DNA of 55,949 nt, filler included, from Dugesia japonica (lineage: Eukaryota), in assembly GCA_001938525.1 (NCBI GenBank). It is 4 parts of 4 records of this genome, joined end to end, with 100 filler letters (N's around TTAATTAATTAA, not from the genome) between each part and the next. Parts side by side here need not be neighbours in the genome. Positions count along the whole stretch, not along the records: positions 34,463 to 55,949 come from MQRL01634241.1; 3 more parts are not named here. The stretch is one strand, 5' to 3'. The translations under genes were made by a program, and so were the position numbers. Under the pieces are notes generated by a model. That model was not told where the DNA came from. It did not search any database and saw only the letters and a list, made by a program, of their open reading frames with translations. Below are positions 52,421-55,949 of the stretch, piece by piece (positions within the stretch are counted from its first letter, which is position 1; each line of letters begins with the position of its first letter).

Positions 52421-54754
52421 TTACAATTTTTGAAATAATATTTTGAATTTTATTTCTACCATTGGATTCAGAATTAAAAACTGTCTAAATATTTACTAAA
52501 GGACTATTATCGAAAAATGCTTGATTCATGAGATAAAGCTAGTAGTGCACTGATTCACTTAAGATAATACTAGTAATAATTATAATTATATAACAATAAT
52601 AGTAAGGAGAAAAGCTTTCAAAAGCGGCTTTATATCAACCAATTAAAATATAGGAATATTTGTACATGGGCAATACGAATAATACGTTTGATTTAACTTT
52701 GGATGAAAAATTTAAATAAAGTATTTGGCGGACGATATGAACTAAGTATTGCATCAGTAATACTTACGGGTAACATGCGTATTGTTTGCGTGATGTTTTC
52801 GAAAAACTATTAATATAAATAAAATATACACCACAAAAATAATTCACTACATAAAAATAAAATTACTAAAATTTCAATACCTAAAATTTATTTTCAAAAA
52901 CTAAATTGTAAAACCAAATTTGAAAAAATATTTTCAATCTAAAATTAAAAATTTCAAACTTAAAATTTGCTCGTGGTTATATTTTAGGAGATTTATTTTT
53001 TCTAGGGGTCATTGGCCACACCCATCCATGATTTATCCCGCCTTCCTGAAACCGATCTTCTCGGCGGCGTAAGTGACTCTTCCAGGGAGTTCAGTACCCA
53101 TTTACTTTGAGATCAAAAAATAATCTTTATCGAGTGATCAAAGCTCTTGATTGATCACGCTTAATTGATGCTCATCTATACTCATATGAAAGTAAAATAG
53201 ACTTCAATAAATCAATATGTTTATTGAATAATAAATATAAGATCACATCATTGTTAATTTTTAATAATGGTCGAAATAATCAGCACCAATATCAGATAAT
53301 AGATGTATTATAATGAGGCCTGTTGTTGGTAGTTTTTTCAAGATGTTTTAGAATAAATTATTTAAGACTGAAGGTCGGGAATATTACGGTAGTGACATTC
53401 TTTTCTTTCCGCGTACTTTCTTTAGGCAGGACTTGTAAATAGTATAGGTTTAGCTTGTAACCACATTTGCTGACATTTAATTTTCATTGATACTGTTTTA
53501 CATTATTTAGGGAAGATCTGAATTTATGGTTGGGTATTAATTTTAAAAAAACTATTTTCATATCTTTGAAGAATAATCAGGAATTTATTATTGGGTGTGA
53601 TCAGACCAAGCTGCAATCAAATAGTTAAAAGTAGATAAATTCTTACCAAAAATTAAGATGGCGACCAATATGGTTGACTATTTTCTCCTCTCGTTGAAAT
53701 ATGAATTGGAATGTCAATTGCAAAATTTTGCTGATCAAAAAATGTGAGTCAAATTCATTTTTGGAGTAGAATTAATGTAATTGGTTTTCAGCACACGAAC
53801 TTTTTAAAATTGTGGATTGAATATATGGTACAATAATTATTTTTGGAGATTTATCGATCAAATTTCTTAATTTCTTTCTCTGTTCTCGCACACGGTTGGC
53901 TTGGGAGAATGACTTCTAAATTTTCTCGAAGAGAATATTGTAATTGATTGACACAGACGAACTAGGATCTTGTTTTCCTTGATAATCTCAATACTCATTT
54001 ACTATGAAGGAATATTGAAAACCTACACAGGATTTTATTTTATTGAATGGTTAATTATTTATTGGTTTTCTGGAAATCGATTTCAGATTGCAGGTGAAAA
54101 TTGTAGATTAATTGAATCCCGTGTAATTTTCTACTGACGGAATTGAGAATTTGTTTGATTAATTTTTTGTAACTTGACGAGGAGAGCAATTTGATTGATT
54201 TCGATTTTTTTCCTAGATCGAATTTTGATTTTTCAAGTGGAGGAATTGTTTTCCTTCGCGTGGATAAATTTCAGATCGATCTTTGATTTTCATGTAAATC
54301 AATTTTTGATTTTTTTCCTGGTGTATTTATACTTTTTTATCGTAACCTGATTTTTCTATTGGTCAAAGTAAATTTAAATTAAATTCTTTGATAACAATTT
54401 GCTTTCATTTATTGCGAATTATTTTGATTTTCCTACAAATTTGATTATTTAATTAATAATTCTTTCACTATCTCGAATATTGTTGGAGTTACTTTCGAAT
54501 CATTTTTATTGTTTAGAATTCACAAATAATTCCTGGGAAACATTTTGTTTTCGCCCAATTGATTTTCCTTTTAATATAAATCGTGGATAATTCTTAGGGA
54601 TTGTTTTCTTATTGCATTTCTGGTTGGTTGTAATTACTTTGTGATTATCTTGCACATTCACTACTTTGAAAGTTTTTTATTTTTGATTATTATTTTTGGT
54701 GTGATTTGTATCAATAATCTGATGGATTATATCCCAACAAAAGTTAAAATTTTA

Positions 54755-55260
54755 TACCCAAAGGTGCTTGAGTTTTAAATATAATTCTTGAATTGTGAAA
54801 AAAAATCCAAACTCAAACTCAATCAATGAATTATATTTAAAACGCAAGCACCTTTGTGTATTCAATTACTGAAACCAAGATAGAATTTTTGTGGTCTCAA
54901 ATGCATTTGTGATGGTAAAAATATATGCAATAAAAATATTTTACTTACAAAAAAACATACCTTATAAAACATACCTTATGTAAAGATACATATATAGGAT
55001 AATCATGCAGAACCATCCGTACAAGAATTTAAAAAATCTCAAACAGAAATAAAATGAAGTCTTCAAGCACTTTCAAAATAAACATAAAATCATCATATTA
55101 CATGGAAAACATTAGGAACAGGCTACATTTCTACACTTCAGAGAAAAAACATGAACAAATATTAATTAAAGAGGATAAACTTAAGATTAACGTGATTTTC
55201 AATAATTAAAAAAAATTTCAAAGATTTTCAACAAATAAAATAATTAATAAATTTTTTAAA
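54755..55260 (+). mobile_element. Penelope-like GIY-YIG remnant with a 5' inverted segment
   Basis: KDTYIG*SCRTIRTRI...EVFKHFQ...ITWKTLG; inverted repeat 54755-54787 versus 54828-54860. Confidence 0.65.
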
Positions 55261-55319
55261 AAATTGTAAAAAATCAGAGTTTTAATATTGTAATATTTTA
55301 ATGCTAATAAAAAATCCAT

Positions 55320-55800
55320 AAGAAAATCCACAAATTATTGAATTAGCAAATACATTAAGTGGGGATAGATTCAAAGATTTAGCAATTAGTGATATCACTG
55401 AATTATTCTTAGATCATGGTTTCGATGAAGATGATTTCGTAAACATGGTGAACTTAACCAATAATCCTGATAACACCAGTGATAGGGAGGAAGAACCGTT
55501 AGAATTCATTTAAAAATTGTTAGGAAAGATCATGAATAAGGTAAAAAATTAAAAATTAATTTTTTAACCACGATCCAGTTTTTGGGCGAGTTTTTAATTT
55601 CGACTTATTAATTAATTTATTATTAATTAGTTATTAATTTCGACGAGAACTCAATCAAGTTTTCTCGAAATACCAAGAAATCTATAAAAATTTGACCAAA
55701 AATAACATTCAACAGTCAATTACTGATTTTGTGACAAAGATCACACCGCAAGAAAAGTATATAAATGATTAAGAAACTTCTATTTCATGCAAAAAAAAGT
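55320..55800 (+). mobile_element. pogo/Tigger transposase C-terminal remnant
   Basis: QIIELANTLSGDRFKDLAISDITELFL...DEDDF resembles the Tigger tail IVxLAxxxGGEGFxDxxxxDIxELL; QQSITDF motif near 55710. Confidence 0.55.
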
Positions 55801-55949
55801 AAAATTGTTCCATTTCTAAAAAGAAACTATAATATTGAGGATTCTGATAATTAAAATTCAGTAACACTTTACTAAGTTTTAAAAAATGAATTATACTTTT
55901 TTATTAAATGTTTAAATTAGTATAAATTTCTCTTTTTGTTATACTTTGC

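Overview
AT-rich eukaryotic genomic scaffold with many N gaps, (AAT)n microsatellites and short 41-48 bp spliceosomal introns. An invertebrate host, possibly a planarian flatworm, is an inference only. Most of the window is decayed transposons: Ty3/Gypsy, several mariner/Tc1 elements, MULE, hAT, pogo/Tigger, PIF/Harbinger MITEs and Penelope fragments that carry minimal hammerhead ribozyme cores. Host-type genes or pseudogenes are a Headcase-domain gene, a low-complexity N/P/Y/Q-rich protein, a Ubl+PB1-like protein and a MAP3K/STE-like kinase. The main feature is a decayed endogenous Maverick/Polinton (adintovirus-like) element at ~40605-48555. It is bounded by long inverted repeats, and its right end reads AGTAGT on the minus strand. 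It holds remnants of packaging ATPase, integrase, minor capsid, a QxG-motif amphipathic protein, major capsid and adenain protease. I see no pPolB. It also carries a TBP-like ORF beside a divergent pair of spliced genes with twin TATA/initiator promoters. An unidentified coiled-coil 'PWWI' gene family occurs at ~12-14 kb and ~39 kb in compact, virus-like gene clusters. All protein calls come from motif recognition by eye; no database search was run.
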